From positions 14,307-78,306 of the forward strand of contig CAWAGQ010000012.1 of NCBI GenBank assembly GCA_963781585.1: DNA of 64,000 nucleotides. Reading direction: 5' to 3'. Position numbers and translations under genes: made by a program. This document shows, piece after piece, positions 53,112 through 62,748 of this stretch (its first letter is position 1; each line of letters opens with the position of its first letter). The notes beneath the pieces were generated by a model. The model was not told the origin of the DNA and searched no databases. It worked only from the letters and a program-made list of their open reading frames with translations. The DNA comes from an uncultured Gemmatimonadaceae bacterium (GTDB taxonomy: Bacteria; Gemmatimonadota; Gemmatimonadetes; Gemmatimonadales; Gemmatimonadaceae).

Positions 53112-53888
53112 TCACGGCTTCTTGATCAGCGCCGTGATCTCGGGGGGCGGCACCACTTCCTTGGGATCGACCACGTCCCATTCCCACGAGGTCATCGTCA
53201 TCACCGACCGCTGGCCCTGCGTCTCGGATGTCACCTTGGTGGGGCGCTTCATCCCGCCAAAATCCTTGTACTCGCTCTGGTACGTGGTCCCCTCCACCTC
53301 GCCCATCGGCGTCGACGCCTTGGCCGTGGAGGCAATCAGGAAACCGTCGGATACCGCGAAACAGTCGGTGGTGATGTTGCCCGACTTCCAGGTGTGCTTC
53401 ACGCGATAGCAGTCCTGGCCATTGATCGTCGTCTTCTCCAACGTCTCGGAGCTGACGATGTTGGCCGACGTGCGAAGCGAGTTCTCGGGGTCGGCCTGTT
53501 CCTTGATCGCATCGGCCATGGCGCCGGTCAGCACCTGCGGACCGGTCATCGGGTTGACGGACCACGCGGTGGTACCGTCATATCCCTGTTTGATCTCGCC
53601 GAGACCGCCGAGCGTCACCGTCGACGACACGGCATTCGGGAAGATCTGCACCACTTCCATGGTCGCCGACATTCCAGCGGTCGGCACTTCCATGGTCGCC
53701 TTCATGCGCGCCGACTTGTGCTGCTTCCAGACATCGCCGCCGACGGCCTTGGCGTACCTGGCAATGAGATCGGCCGCCGCCGGAAGACCGGCCGCAGCGT
53801 CCTGGGCGTGCACCGGCGGCGCAACGAGCAGCATCGTCAGGCCGGCGTAGGACAAGGCGTGGCCGGCGCGCCGGAACAGGTCGGACAT
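53112..53888 (-). CDS. secreted hypothetical protein (LolA-like fold suspected)
   Basis: Signal peptide; YAKAVGG, QGYDGTTAWSVNPMTGPQ, YKDFGG; strong codon bias. Confidence 0.7.
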   Translation of the reverse strand: MSDLFRRAGHALSYAGLTMLLVAPPVHAQDAAAGLPAAADLIARYAKAVGGDVWKQHKSARMKATMEVPTAGMSATMEVVQIFPNAVSSTVTLGGLGEIKQGYDGTTAWSVNPMTGPQVLTGAMADAIKEQADPENSLRTSANIVSSETLEKTTINGQDCYRVKHTWKSGNITTDCFAVSDGFLIASTAKASTPMGEVEGTTYQSEYKDFGGMKRPTKVTSETQGQRSVMTMTSWEWDVVDPKEVVPPPEITALIKKP

Positions 53889-53983
53889 GGAATCCCCCTC
53901 TGAGCGGAAAGCGAGCGAGGTTGCCCGCTGAACAGAACTGTAACTGAGCGGCTCGATCGCCGCCCGTCCTGATACGGTTGTCG

Positions 53984-55361
53984 CTACCGAAGGTTGCCGC
54001 GTGCGGTGTGCCGGCGGCGCTCCAGGCCGAGCCAGTGCAGCGCAGCGGCCAGGGTCTCATCGCGCCCGGCCAGCAGCGCGTTCCGGCGCAGCGGTACCAG
54101 CTCATCCGGGACGATTCCCTTCCCCTCCAGGCGGCGACCCGAGGGGTCCACGAAGTCGGCCACGGCGTACTGGAGCGCGTCGCCGTTCGGCAGCCGCGTG
54201 ATGAGACTCGGCAGGGCCTCACCGGCTGTGGTGTCGCCGAAGATCCGCGCCCGGCCGTACTTCTGGAGCGCCGCCACGAAGATCTCGGTCGTGCTCGCCG
54301 ACAGTTCGTCGACCAGCACGGCGAGCGAGCCCGCGTACGGCGTCACCGGGGTGCCGTCGCGCGTCACGCGACGCGGATTCGCCACGTAGCGGAGCGTCGC
54401 GCTCCGCATGTGCAGCTCGCCCAGGAGCAGCTCGTGATCGACGAAATGCCCGGTGATCCCGATCACCATGGCCGCCACGCCCCCCACGTTCCCTCGCAGG
54501 TCCAGTACGATGCCGTCGCACTGGCGGAACTCGTTCATCGCGTCGTCGAACGGCTGCGCGATCGCCGTCATCCAGACGTTGAACCGGATCACGCCCACGC
54601 ACCCGCCGCGCTCGTCAATGCGTCGCCGATCGAACCAGGTCGGCACCGGCGGCAGCTGGCCCAGCCGCACGACGGTGCCTGGCGCGTCGCGCCGCACCAG
54701 GTCGCGCTCGACCAGGATGCCGGCGCCGTCGCGAAACGTCAGGTGCACGCCCGATCCAGGGGCGCCGTGGAGCATCCGCACCGCGTTCAGCAGCCGGCGC
54801 AGGGCCGCGACCTTGGCGTTAGGCGACGCGCCCGCCGCGCTGGAGGATCGCGCGGCCGCATCAAGCGTGTCGAGCGCAACGACGGTCCATCCGGGAGACA
54901 CCCCCGCGCGCGCCGCCGGGCCGGTCGAGTCGACCCCGGAGACCACAAGCTCGTCGCCGATGTATCGCACCTCGAATCCCAGGTCGCCGGGCGCATCGGC
55001 AGCCGCCTGGCCCTCATCCGAAGACGGCTCGCCGGCGACGATCCCGAAGTGCGAATCGCCGAGCGTGGCCAGCATGCGACCCATGGCGGCCCGCGATTCC
55101 TCGCGGGTGCGTGCGCGGGCCACCTGTGGCCGGATCTCGTCGCGGACCCGGTTCCAGTCGAGGCCGTGCATGGTGGAGTCGTAGTAGGTGTCGCGGATCC
55201 GGCGCCACGCGCTGTCGAACGACGCGAGCTCGAGGGCCGTGTCGATCGGCCGCGGCCGCGGTACGCGCGGACTGCGCCCTGACCGCACGAGGTGGCGCGG
55301 CCGAGACGAGAAGCACCCCAACGATGAGGGCGCGGGCAGTACGAGTGGCGCGGCTTACCAT
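53984..55361 (-). CDS. S41 family (tail-specific) peptidase with PDZ domain (frameshift near start)
   Basis: LGDSHF, IVLDLRGNVGG, VLVDELSASTTE, GDTTAG, LEGKGIVPD. Confidence 0.92.
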
Positions 55362-55801
55362 GGATTCAAGAGACGACCGGGAGCAGGGCGGAGTCATGCG
55401 CCCGGGCCGTCACGGCGCCGTCACGGTCTCCCTCGGAGGTACCTGCCAACCGCGGCCGGCAGATCTTGCCCAATCCACTCCGCCGCGTGATGCGGTCCCC
55501 CTCCGACGGAGCAATCGTGACGACGCTCACGGCGAGGCTGCTTCTGGAATCTGGGGGCCGCGCCGGCAAGAGCGCCATCCGGGCTCGCGCCGGAGCTCCA
55601 CGTCTCGCCAGCCGGATCGCGACTCGTCACAGCTGCCTCCCTGTGCCATCGTGAACTCCGGGACTGCATTCGGAAGTGGGTTGGTCTTTAGACGCTTGAG
55701 TTTTGGCTTGTCGTGTTGCATCCTTAACCATGGGTGCCGTAGCGCGCCGCACCGACGGCGATTCGCGAGCCGCTTTTACAGGTAACACTGGCCTCCACCC
55801 G

Positions 55802-55837
55802 AACGGGACCCTACGCGCGGGGGTCCCGTTTCTTTTC
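55802..55837 (+). terminator. intrinsic terminator
   Basis: aacgggaccc/gggtcccgtt stem followed by TCTTTT. Confidence 0.8.
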
Positions 55838-55944
55838 GTAATCGCAGTCGGGCTGCTTCGGCAAACATGCGGTTGGTGCCATAAGGATCGGCCAGATATA
55901 TCTTACTGGTTTTGTGGTCACTTTCTCTCTTTCGCGAGACCTCC

Positions 55945-56793
55945 GTGACTGATCTCACGCCCTTTGAGATTCCTCCTGACACCGACGGAAGTTTCGATTC
56001 GATCGGCCAGGAAAACGGCGCGCCGTATTGGTGGATGAGTGACCTGCGGGACCTTCTCGGATACGAGGGTCCCAAGGCATTCCAGAAGCCCGTATCGAAG
56101 GCGATGGCCGTTTGCACTTCGCTCGACGTTTCGGTGCCGAAAACTTCAGGTATGCAAAGCGTATCATTGGCGGACAGGAGATCGACGACTGTAAGCTATC
56201 TCGCGTGGCTGTTATCTAATCGCTATGAATTGCAATCCGGTGACCTATCCGGCCGTCGCGAAGGCACAGGTGTACTTCGCGGCGATGGCGGAGATTGCAA
56301 GGCAGGCCAATGAACATATCGAGGGCGTGGAGCGCGTCCTTCTCCGCGATGACATGTCCGAGGCGGAAAAGGCCTCTCGCGTGCCGCGAAGGGCGCGGGT
56401 GTGAGAGATTACGCGATCTTCCGCAACAAGGGTTACATCGGCCTTTACAACCTGAGTCTCAACCAGATTCTGCATCGGAAGGGACTGGACGCTGATGTGA
56501 CCTTGCACGACTACATGGGGAAGGAAGAACTGGCCGCAAATTGGTTCAGGGTCACGCAGACGGAAGCGAAGCTGCGTCGAGCGCATCCATGGTCAGGCTC
56601 CTGCAGAGAGGACCGCATACAGTGTCGGTCGGGAAGTGCGGCGAGGTATCGAGAGGATGGGAGGAACGGTGCTGAGGATCTTCCGCCAGCGGAGAATATC
56701 AAGAAGGTCAAGAGTGGTCTCAAGAAGCGCGCGCGCGAGCTCCAGAGGATGGACAAGAAAAAGCGGTTGCCTGCGCCCAAGAATGACGGTTAA
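55945..56793 (+). CDS. dinD: DNA damage-inducible protein D-like (frameshifted)
   Basis: YWWMSDLRDLLGY, LSRVACYL, AKAQVYFA, DYAIFRNKGYIGLY, DYMGKEELAANWFRVTQTEAKL, EDLP. Confidence 0.85.
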
Positions 56794-57650
56794 GCATTCC
56801 CGAGTAACGCCACAATTTCCTCGACCTTCCACACATGATCGGTGATGCCAGCGGCCATTGCTGGCGTCGTGTGGACGCCCTTCCGTTCCTTCGTCAACGT
56901 GTGATGCACATGCACGAAGTTGTACGCCATCATGTACAGGCTGATGGCGTGCATGTGGTTCTCCCACTTCTTGCTGTAGCCGTTCGTCAGGCGGGTTAGG
57001 CGACGGTTCCGCATCCGCATCGTGAGGTTGTGCGACTCGACAAAGCTCGTGGAGACCTTCGCCATGTCGGGCGTGCCCATCACCCAGGTCTTTTCCGTGC
57101 CGACAACTTCCGACGGGCTGTAGCGTCGGGCCGCTTCCTTCTCAGGTCCGGGGTGCGAGTACAATTTGTCTAGTATCGCGTAATCCACCCTATTCCAACC
57201 GAAGGCCTTTTCCACGGCCTTGAGGTACGGCTTGTGGCCGTCCGTGGTGAGTTGGACGCGGTGCGCGAGACGCGATACTAGATCCTCCGTAAATGCCCTG
57301 GCAGCGGCTACGTCGCGACGGCCAACATGCCAGCAGGCTAAGAGCTTGGTGTGGGCGCACAGGGCCGTCCAGGTCCAGCAATCGCCCTTGCCCTGGCCCT
57401 TCTCGGTGCGCTTGACGCGCTTCTCCTTCTTGCCGACGAAGCTCCAAATCTCGTCGCACTGAATCTCGGTGCAGGGGAGCGCTACAAGTGCCTTGTCCTG
57501 GTACTCGGCGCATGCGGCACCGACATCCGCAAGTAGCCGCAGCACCGTACCCTTGGCGGTTCCGGTGATGCGGCATGTGGCGCGGATGGAGTTGCCTTCG
57601 ATAAGCGAGCGGATGACGGCTACGCGCTTGGCAAGAGGGAGCTTGTTCAT
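56790..57650 (-). CDS. IS1-family DDE transposase
   Basis: MNKL HTH (EGNSIRATCR); DEIWSFVGKK; TTDG; STSFVESHNLTMR; TPAMAAG. Confidence 0.92.
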   Translation of the reverse strand: MNKLPLAKRVAVIRSLIEGNSIRATCRITGTAKGTVLRLLADVGAACAEYQDKALVALPCTEIQCDEIWSFVGKKEKRVKRTEKGQGKGDCWTWTALCAHTKLLACWHVGRRDVAAARAFTEDLVSRLAHRVQLTTDGHKPYLKAVEKAFGWNRVDYAILDKLYSHPGPEKEAARRYSPSEVVGTEKTWVMGTPDMAKVSTSFVESHNLTMRMRNRRLTRLTNGYSKKWENHMHAISLYMMAYNFVHVHHTLTKERKGVHTTPAMAAGITDHVWKVEEIVALLGNA

Positions 57651-57655
57651 AATGA

Positions 57656-57684
57656 ACAATATGCTTGCTCCCTAGCATTGTCAA
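57656..57684 (-). promoter_or_regulatory. sigma70 promoter of the transposase
   Basis: TTGACA-N17-TATTGT ending 5 nt before the ATG. Confidence 0.75.
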
Positions 57685-57695
57685 GCTATTTTGAG

Positions 57696-58406
57696 CTAGT
57701 CACTCATGGCTTCCCGTTGCGCCTTTAGGATAGCCTCAAGCTTTTGGATGTGCGAAGGCTCTGGCTCCCCTCCGAAGAAGCGGACTTCTACTCGTCGTCC
57801 AGGACCGAGCAGGCCCGATATGAAGCCCGTAACTTGTTGTGGTACCATCGTTTGCTGTTGTGCTGCGCTCTGAGGCATCGCCATTTGTTCACCGTAGGCT
57901 TGGTCGCTAATCGCGGGGGCCCTATCATAGCCGTCGTCGATGCGTTTCACAAGTGTTGCTGTCTCCCGAAGAGCAGCGATAACGCGGGCGGCGCCGTCAG
58001 CCGAAAACTTCCGCTTGGTGATGAGATAAGCACGCAAGGCGGAATCGCTTGCATCGGCGTGAGACTCCCCAAGCTCATTAAAGAGAGCAGGCTTTCCAGC
58101 GGCCTCCTTCACCGCCTGCCCCCACTCGGTAGATCCGACTTGGTGGACCGCAATATTCACGGCTATGTCGGATAGCGCGAGCGTCCCATCGGTACCGTCC
58201 AGCAGGCCGTATTGGCGTAAGGACGCAATAGCGGTCCTGGCTGTACCATTCAGGCTTCCGTACCCGATCGCTCGCGCAGCGACCACGGGTGGAACTGGGG
58301 TGCGCTTCTCTGCCTGCCAGAGCTTCATTACCGCCTCGATGGCGGCGGGGAGTCCGAGTGCTGGATAGTTGGGACTGCGCTCCCTACTGCGCGTTTCGCC
58401 ATTCAT
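57696..58406 (-). CDS. hypothetical protein (winged-helix-like N-terminus suspected)
   Basis: 236 aa; GGAGG RBS; RSPNYP...IGYGSLNG...LRQYGLL. Confidence 0.75.
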   Translation of the reverse strand: MNGETRSRERSPNYPALGLPAAIEAVMKLWQAEKRTPVPPVVAARAIGYGSLNGTARTAIASLRQYGLLDGTDGTLALSDIAVNIAVHQVGSTEWGQAVKEAAGKPALFNELGESHADASDSALRAYLITKRKFSADGAARVIAALRETATLVKRIDDGYDRAPAISDQAYGEQMAMPQSAAQQQTMVPQQVTGFISGLLGPGRRVEVRFFGGEPEPSHIQKLEAILKAQREAMSD

Positions 58407-58431
58407 ATAGTAGCCTCCGGGTGTGGGCTAC

Positions 58432-58460
58432 ATATTAGGCTATGATGTGGGCTGCGTCAA
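58432..58460 (-). promoter_or_regulatory. sigma70 promoter of the 236-aa gene
   Basis: TTGACG-N17-TAATAT on the minus strand. Confidence 0.65.
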
Positions 58461-58698
58461 CGCGAAGCAGTCGGCTTCTCAGCTAGCCGTGGTAGCCGAC
58501 GCAAGTCTTGATTTCCTCGGCCCCGTCGCTACGTTGGGGAACGCAGAACCGGCGGCCCGGGCGCTCCCCTTTGCAAAGGTGCCCGAACCGCCGGTTGAAC
58601 CCCAACCGACGCCGAAGCGTCAGCGGGAGGTGATGAGTGATGGCTGCGAAAAGAAGACTACTGAATAGGTAGAAAGGTAGCCAGGGCGCAATGGGCGA

Positions 58699-58938
58699 TC
58701 AGCAATGGTCGCCCATTGTTTGCGTTATCTTCTTCTGCCAACGTGTGCGGGCTGCCTTCTGCGCGATGGCCTTGCGACGACTCGCGCTGAGTTTCCTGGC
58801 GCGGACGCTACCGCCCTTCGTAGCGCCTGGGCTGGTCTCTCGCGGCTTATCGTTTTCGTGCTGACCCACCGCGACTTCGACGACGAACTTTGCGAGCTGC
58901 GCTGTATCACGCGGGCGCTTGGGGTTGGATTTCGCCAT
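58699..58938 (-). CDS. small basic protein of the type found beside IS1/IS1595-like transposases
   Basis: KRPRDTAQLAKFVVEVAVG...KGGSVRARKLSASRRKAIAQKAARTRW. Confidence 0.8.
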   Translation of the reverse strand: MAKSNPKRPRDTAQLAKFVVEVAVGQHENDKPRETSPGATKGGSVRARKLSASRRKAIAQKAARTRWQKKITQTMGDHC

Positions 58939-59056
58939 ACTGCCAACCTAGCGGCTTCCGGCCGAATCCCCAAATCCAAAATGACCCAACGCCGACACGT
59001 CTTGACGCGCGCTCGATTCTGCCGCATAGTGAGAAGCGGTGGTAGGAGCGGTGGCG

Positions 59057-59096
59057 TGCCGCTCCTGTCCCGCGAGGTCGAGTGGGAGGTTCGATG
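59057..59096 (+). repeat. 40-bp leader repeat, copy 1 (includes RBS and ATG)
   Basis: 38/40 identical to 61147-61186. Confidence 0.9.
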
Positions 59097-60441
59097 TTTG
59101 GTCCGAATGCTGCAAGGACCGTAACGACGTGGTCGCTGCTTGCTGCGGCGATCGTGTCCCTCGGATGTGCCGCTGACCCCTCGTCGCCGCGAATCGCCCC
59201 CCCCCCACTGAGCGATCTGGGCATCACTGAGCCAATTCGCACGATCCGGGATCAGTGGCGCGATATCGCTCTCCGCCACCCCGGGTTCGGCGGCGTTTGG
59301 CGCGATAGCACGGGCCAGCTCACCATCAGCTCGTCCACCGGAGCCGCCTCGACGGAGATGCGTCAGGCGGTTACGCAATGGCTCCTGGGCTACGGAAGAC
59401 CGGACCTGGCCAGCCAGACCGCGAGTGTTGCTCGAGTTTCCTGGGACTACGCTACACTGGACGGCTTTGTACGACTGATCGAGCCAACGCTCGTCGCGGT
59501 CCGGGGAGTGAATTCGTACTGGATCGACGAGACGAAGGGCCGCCTGGGCGTCTCAACGGACGATGACGCTGCCGCAGCGGTCGTATCGGCGGCGCTGCCC
59601 GATCTGCACATACCGGTGAATCTCGTATTCGTCGAGGTCACCGGGCCAAACCGCGATCTGTCCTGCACCGGTCTCCGCAGCGTGTGCAGCCCGATGATGG
59701 CCGGGCTCGGAATCGTTGACCTCTATTCAAACTTCTACTGCACTATCAGCTTCGTCGGTTGGAGGGCTGATTCGGTCTATCCCAACTATCCGGACACGTC
59801 CTATCGCGTGGCGACCACTGCTTCGCACTGTACCGCCACGCAAGGCTATGTCAATGGCGACCCGTTCTGGCAACCCGATCCGGTCTCGGGACGCGTGATT
59901 GGAGTGGAGATCGACGATGCTCCGATCTACGACCACGCAACGTGCGTGGCGTATGACCATCCGGACTACAACCGTTGCCGTTTCGCCGACGTGGCGGTCA
60001 TGCATGTCGACGACACAGTTCCGGTCCTCGCGGGCGCCGCAGCGATCTCGAGTGCTGTGACGCCGGATGCGAATCCACCCTGGGCTCGGGTACCGGGCGT
60101 ACACCGGCAGTGGCGTGGTGGGCGTGATCGTGGGCGACCTTGTGACGTCGATTGGCGCGTGGGGAGGCGAGCGATCAGGAGCGGTTACACAATCTTGTGT
60201 AGATGCACGGGAGGGGAACCAATACTACCACGATGTCTACAGCGTATGTCAGCAGCGCGCCTCGAATCCCGTGTACCGGGGTGACAGCGGTGGTCTCGTG
60301 TACGTGAAGCTCGGCCAGGGCGGTGGGACGTCGCCCCGACCTGCCGGCGTGATGATCCAAGGCGACACACGCTACGTGATCTTCAGTCCCATCATCCAGG
60401 TGCTAGGCACGTTCGGATATCGATACTTTTTGGCTTGGTGA
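59094..60441 (+). CDS. lipoprotein S1 (alpha-lytic/trypsin-like) serine protease (frameshift near 60085)
   Basis: Lipobox SLGC; pro-region; CTISF, TTASHC (His), ADVA (Asp), GDSGG (Ser). Confidence 0.82.
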
Positions 60442-60568
60442 GAGCCATGCCGTCACTTCAGGTTCCCTGGCCCTCCTGCGAGTCACTCAGGGCTTCAAGG
60501 GCAGAAGAACACCGAACAGCGCGATGCGGTCGCCGCCTCGCACGTGGAAAGCCGGCAGGAGGAGTACG

Positions 60569-61057
60569 ATGCAGCATCCCGCACGTGAGTGCATTCGCCC
60601 CGCCCAACCGATCTGCCGGGCACTGATCGTTGGGCTACTTGGCGTACTGACGTCGTGCAGCCACACCGAAACGACGGGTCCACAGGCAGTGGGATCTGTC
60701 AGGATCACAACGGATCGGGCGTCGTATGCCCGTCGCGACTACGTCTATGTTTCATTCGAGAACGTGGGACCGCTCGTGCTCGGCTATAACTATTGTCCGG
60801 TCTTCCTTGAACGCCGATCCGGATCGCGCTGGGTCGCCGAGGGAACTGAGGAAGGCTATTCCAACACGACCTGCGACCTCGTTGTCATGCTGCTGAGGCC
60901 AAGCGATCTGGCGACGGCCCCTTGGCAAATACCGGCAGCAGCTCCGCCCGGCACGTATCGGCTGCGCTTTGTCGATTTCTTCGATGACCCTCATTTCCAA
61001 GGCGGACCCATGCTGGCACCTGACCGCCTCATGAGCAACGTCTTCACGGTCTACTGA
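60569..61057 (+). CDS. Ig-like lipoprotein
   Basis: GGAGG RBS; lipobox LTSC; ITTDRASY...YNYCP.FLERR...C..V..LLRP...YRLRF...SNVFTV. Confidence 0.75.
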   Translation: MQHPARECIRPAQPICRALIVGLLGVLTSCSHTETTGPQAVGSVRITTDRASYARRDYVYVSFENVGPLVLGYNYCPVFLERRSGSRWVAEGTEEGYSNTTCDLVVMLLRPSDLATAPWQIPAAAPPGTYRLRFVDFFDDPHFQGGPMLAPDRLMSNVFTVY

Positions 61058-61146
61058 TGAGGCCGGTCGGCGCTACATCACGCGTGCTCGTCGCATGAAA
61101 CCATTCGCGTCGGGGCCGCTGCGTCGAGCGCCAGTCGCGGTGATTC

Positions 61147-61186
61147 TGCCGCTCCCGTCCCGCGAGGTCGAGTGGGAGGTCCGATG
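61147..61186 (+). repeat. 40-bp leader repeat, copy 2
   Basis: 38/40 identical to 59057-59096. Confidence 0.9.
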
Positions 61187-61627
61187 CTTCGTGTAATACA
61201 AGTCGTCGTTCTGGCTCCCTTCGCGGCTCTCCTCTCGTGCGCAAACAGCACACCCACCGTTCCGCGGACGACCGGATCGCTGTCCATCACGACCGACCGG
61301 GATTTTTATTACGTCGGCGACACCATTCGCGTCACCTTCCAGAACGCGGGAACAATCAAGCTGGATTACAACCCGTGCCCCAGGTATCTGGAACGACGGG
61401 AGGGGTCCCATTGGGTGTTCGAGGGATACACGGATGACTTCAGCCCCCATCTGGAGTGCGACCTGGTCCGTATGATTCTACGGCCTGGCGAAAAACGACT
61501 CGTCGGTATCTGGGGGCTACCGCGCGCCGCCCCGTCGGACACGACGTATCGTGTGCGCTTCGTCAACCTCAACGGGACGGCGCTGCCGGCCAGTGAGATG
61601 GTCAGCAACACGTTCACGATCTGGTAG
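61184..61627 (+). CDS. Ig-like lipoprotein (paralog of 60569-61057)
   Basis: Lipobox LLSC; ITTDRDFY...YNPCP.YLERR...CDLV...YRVRF...SNTFTI. Confidence 0.78.
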   Translation: MLRVIQVVVLAPFAALLSCANSTPTVPRTTGSLSITTDRDFYYVGDTIRVTFQNAGTIKLDYNPCPRYLERREGSHWVFEGYTDDFSPHLECDLVRMILRPGEKRLVGIWGLPRAAPSDTTYRVRFVNLNGTALPASEMVSNTFTIW

Positions 61628-61662
61628 GGAGACATTGGCGATACACTGATGGCCGGATCAGA

Positions 61663-62748
61663 TCACCGCTGCGGCAGCGACGCCAGAAACTCGCGCAAGT
61701 ATCCGCCCCATACCGCCGGCAGCGAGTGCGTCCCGTGCCCACGCGTCTGATCGTTGATCGGGATCAGCACGTAGCGCGCATGCGGCACCTGGGCGATGAG
61801 CGCCTCCATCAGCCCCAGCTCGGGCGGATTCACCTGATCGTCGGCTGAGTTGATCGCGAGCACCGGCGCCTTCACTTGCTCCAGGTGCGATGACGGGTCG
61901 TAGGTCCGCGACGCGTCGAAGTAGTACAGCATGTCGTTGGCGTCGGTGGTGGCGAAATGCGACGCGACATAGCGCTCGATGAGCGAATCGGCCTGGTCCC
62001 GCCTGTCCGCCTGCCGCTGCTGGACCCTGGGCGCGCTGGTCATCATCCACAGGATCTGGATCGACGCCTTCATGCCAGGCGGCTGCTGCGTGTACTCGCC
62101 CGTGTTCCACACCGGATCGTTGCGGATGTCGTCCATGATCATCCGCCGCATGATCCGGTTGCGCCCGGCGATCTGCCTCGGCGCGCACGCCAGCGGCACC
62201 AGTCCGTCCATGAAGTCGGGGTAGGTGTAGCCCCAGATCCACGCGTGCATGCATCCCATCGACGTGCCCATGATGAGCCGCAGGTGATTGACGCGGAGAT
62301 GCTCGGTGAGCATCCGGTACTGCAGCCGCACCATGTCGTCGTAGTCGTAATGCGGGAAGCGCATGTGGAGCCCGTCGCTGGGCTTCGTCGACTTGCCGTG
62401 GCCGATGTTGTCGGGGAGGATGACGTAGTAGCTGGCCGTGTCGAGCAGCTTGCCGGGCCCGAACAGTTCACCCGCGAAGGTGCGCGAGAGAAAGCCGCGC
62501 CCGGTGCCACCGGTGCCGTGCAGGACCATCACCGCGTTGCGGACCACTCCTGCGGCGTCACGGCGCGGCTGACCGAGCGTGGTGTAGTGGATCCGCACCT
62601 CGGGGAGCGATTCGCCACTGCCGAACGACACATCGCGCAGCACCGCATCGCCTTCAGTCCCCTGCGCCGCGAGCCGCGATGAAAAGCCTGCGGCGACGGC
62701 CACCACCAGCGCGAGCGCGCCTGAATGGAGTGAGAAGGATGGAGCCAT
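61663..62748 (-). CDS. alpha/beta hydrolase, homoserine O-acetyltransferase (MetX)-like, with signal peptide
   Basis: IHYTTLG, LHGTGG, GTSMG nucleophile, INSADD, GHGTH. Confidence 0.88.
   Translation of the reverse strand: MAPSFSLHSGALALVVAVAAGFSSRLAAQGTEGDAVLRDVSFGSGESLPEVRIHYTTLGQPRRDAAGVVRNAVMVLHGTGGTGRGFLSRTFAGELFGPGKLLDTASYYVILPDNIGHGKSTKPSDGLHMRFPHYDYDDMVRLQYRMLTEHLRVNHLRLIMGTSMGCMHAWIWGYTYPDFMDGLVPLACAPRQIAGRNRIMRRMIMDDIRNDPVWNTGEYTQQPPGMKASIQILWMMTSAPRVQQRQADRRDQADSLIERYVASHFATTDANDMLYYFDASRTYDPSSHLEQVKAPVLAINSADDQVNPPELGLMEALIAQVPHARYVLIPINDQTRGHGTHSLPAVWGGYLREFLASLPQR

Larger units (their letters stand above)
55672..58993. mobile_element. IS1-family element carrying passenger genes (ends tentative)
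   Basis: Transposase plus small basic partner gene; AT-richer than flanks; imperfect GG-N3-TGGGT inverted ends; no target duplication seen. Confidence 0.55.

Noticed and set aside
55790..55800. tmRNA/tRNA 3'-end att remnant (GGCCTCCACC before a terminator)
   Set aside because: Too short, no T-arm (GTTCGA) upstream and no second copy in the window.
55892..55909. SOS box upstream of dinD (CCAG-N10-CTGG)
   Set aside because: Arms are reversed relative to the E. coli CTG-N10-CAG box, and I do not know the LexA motif of this lineage.
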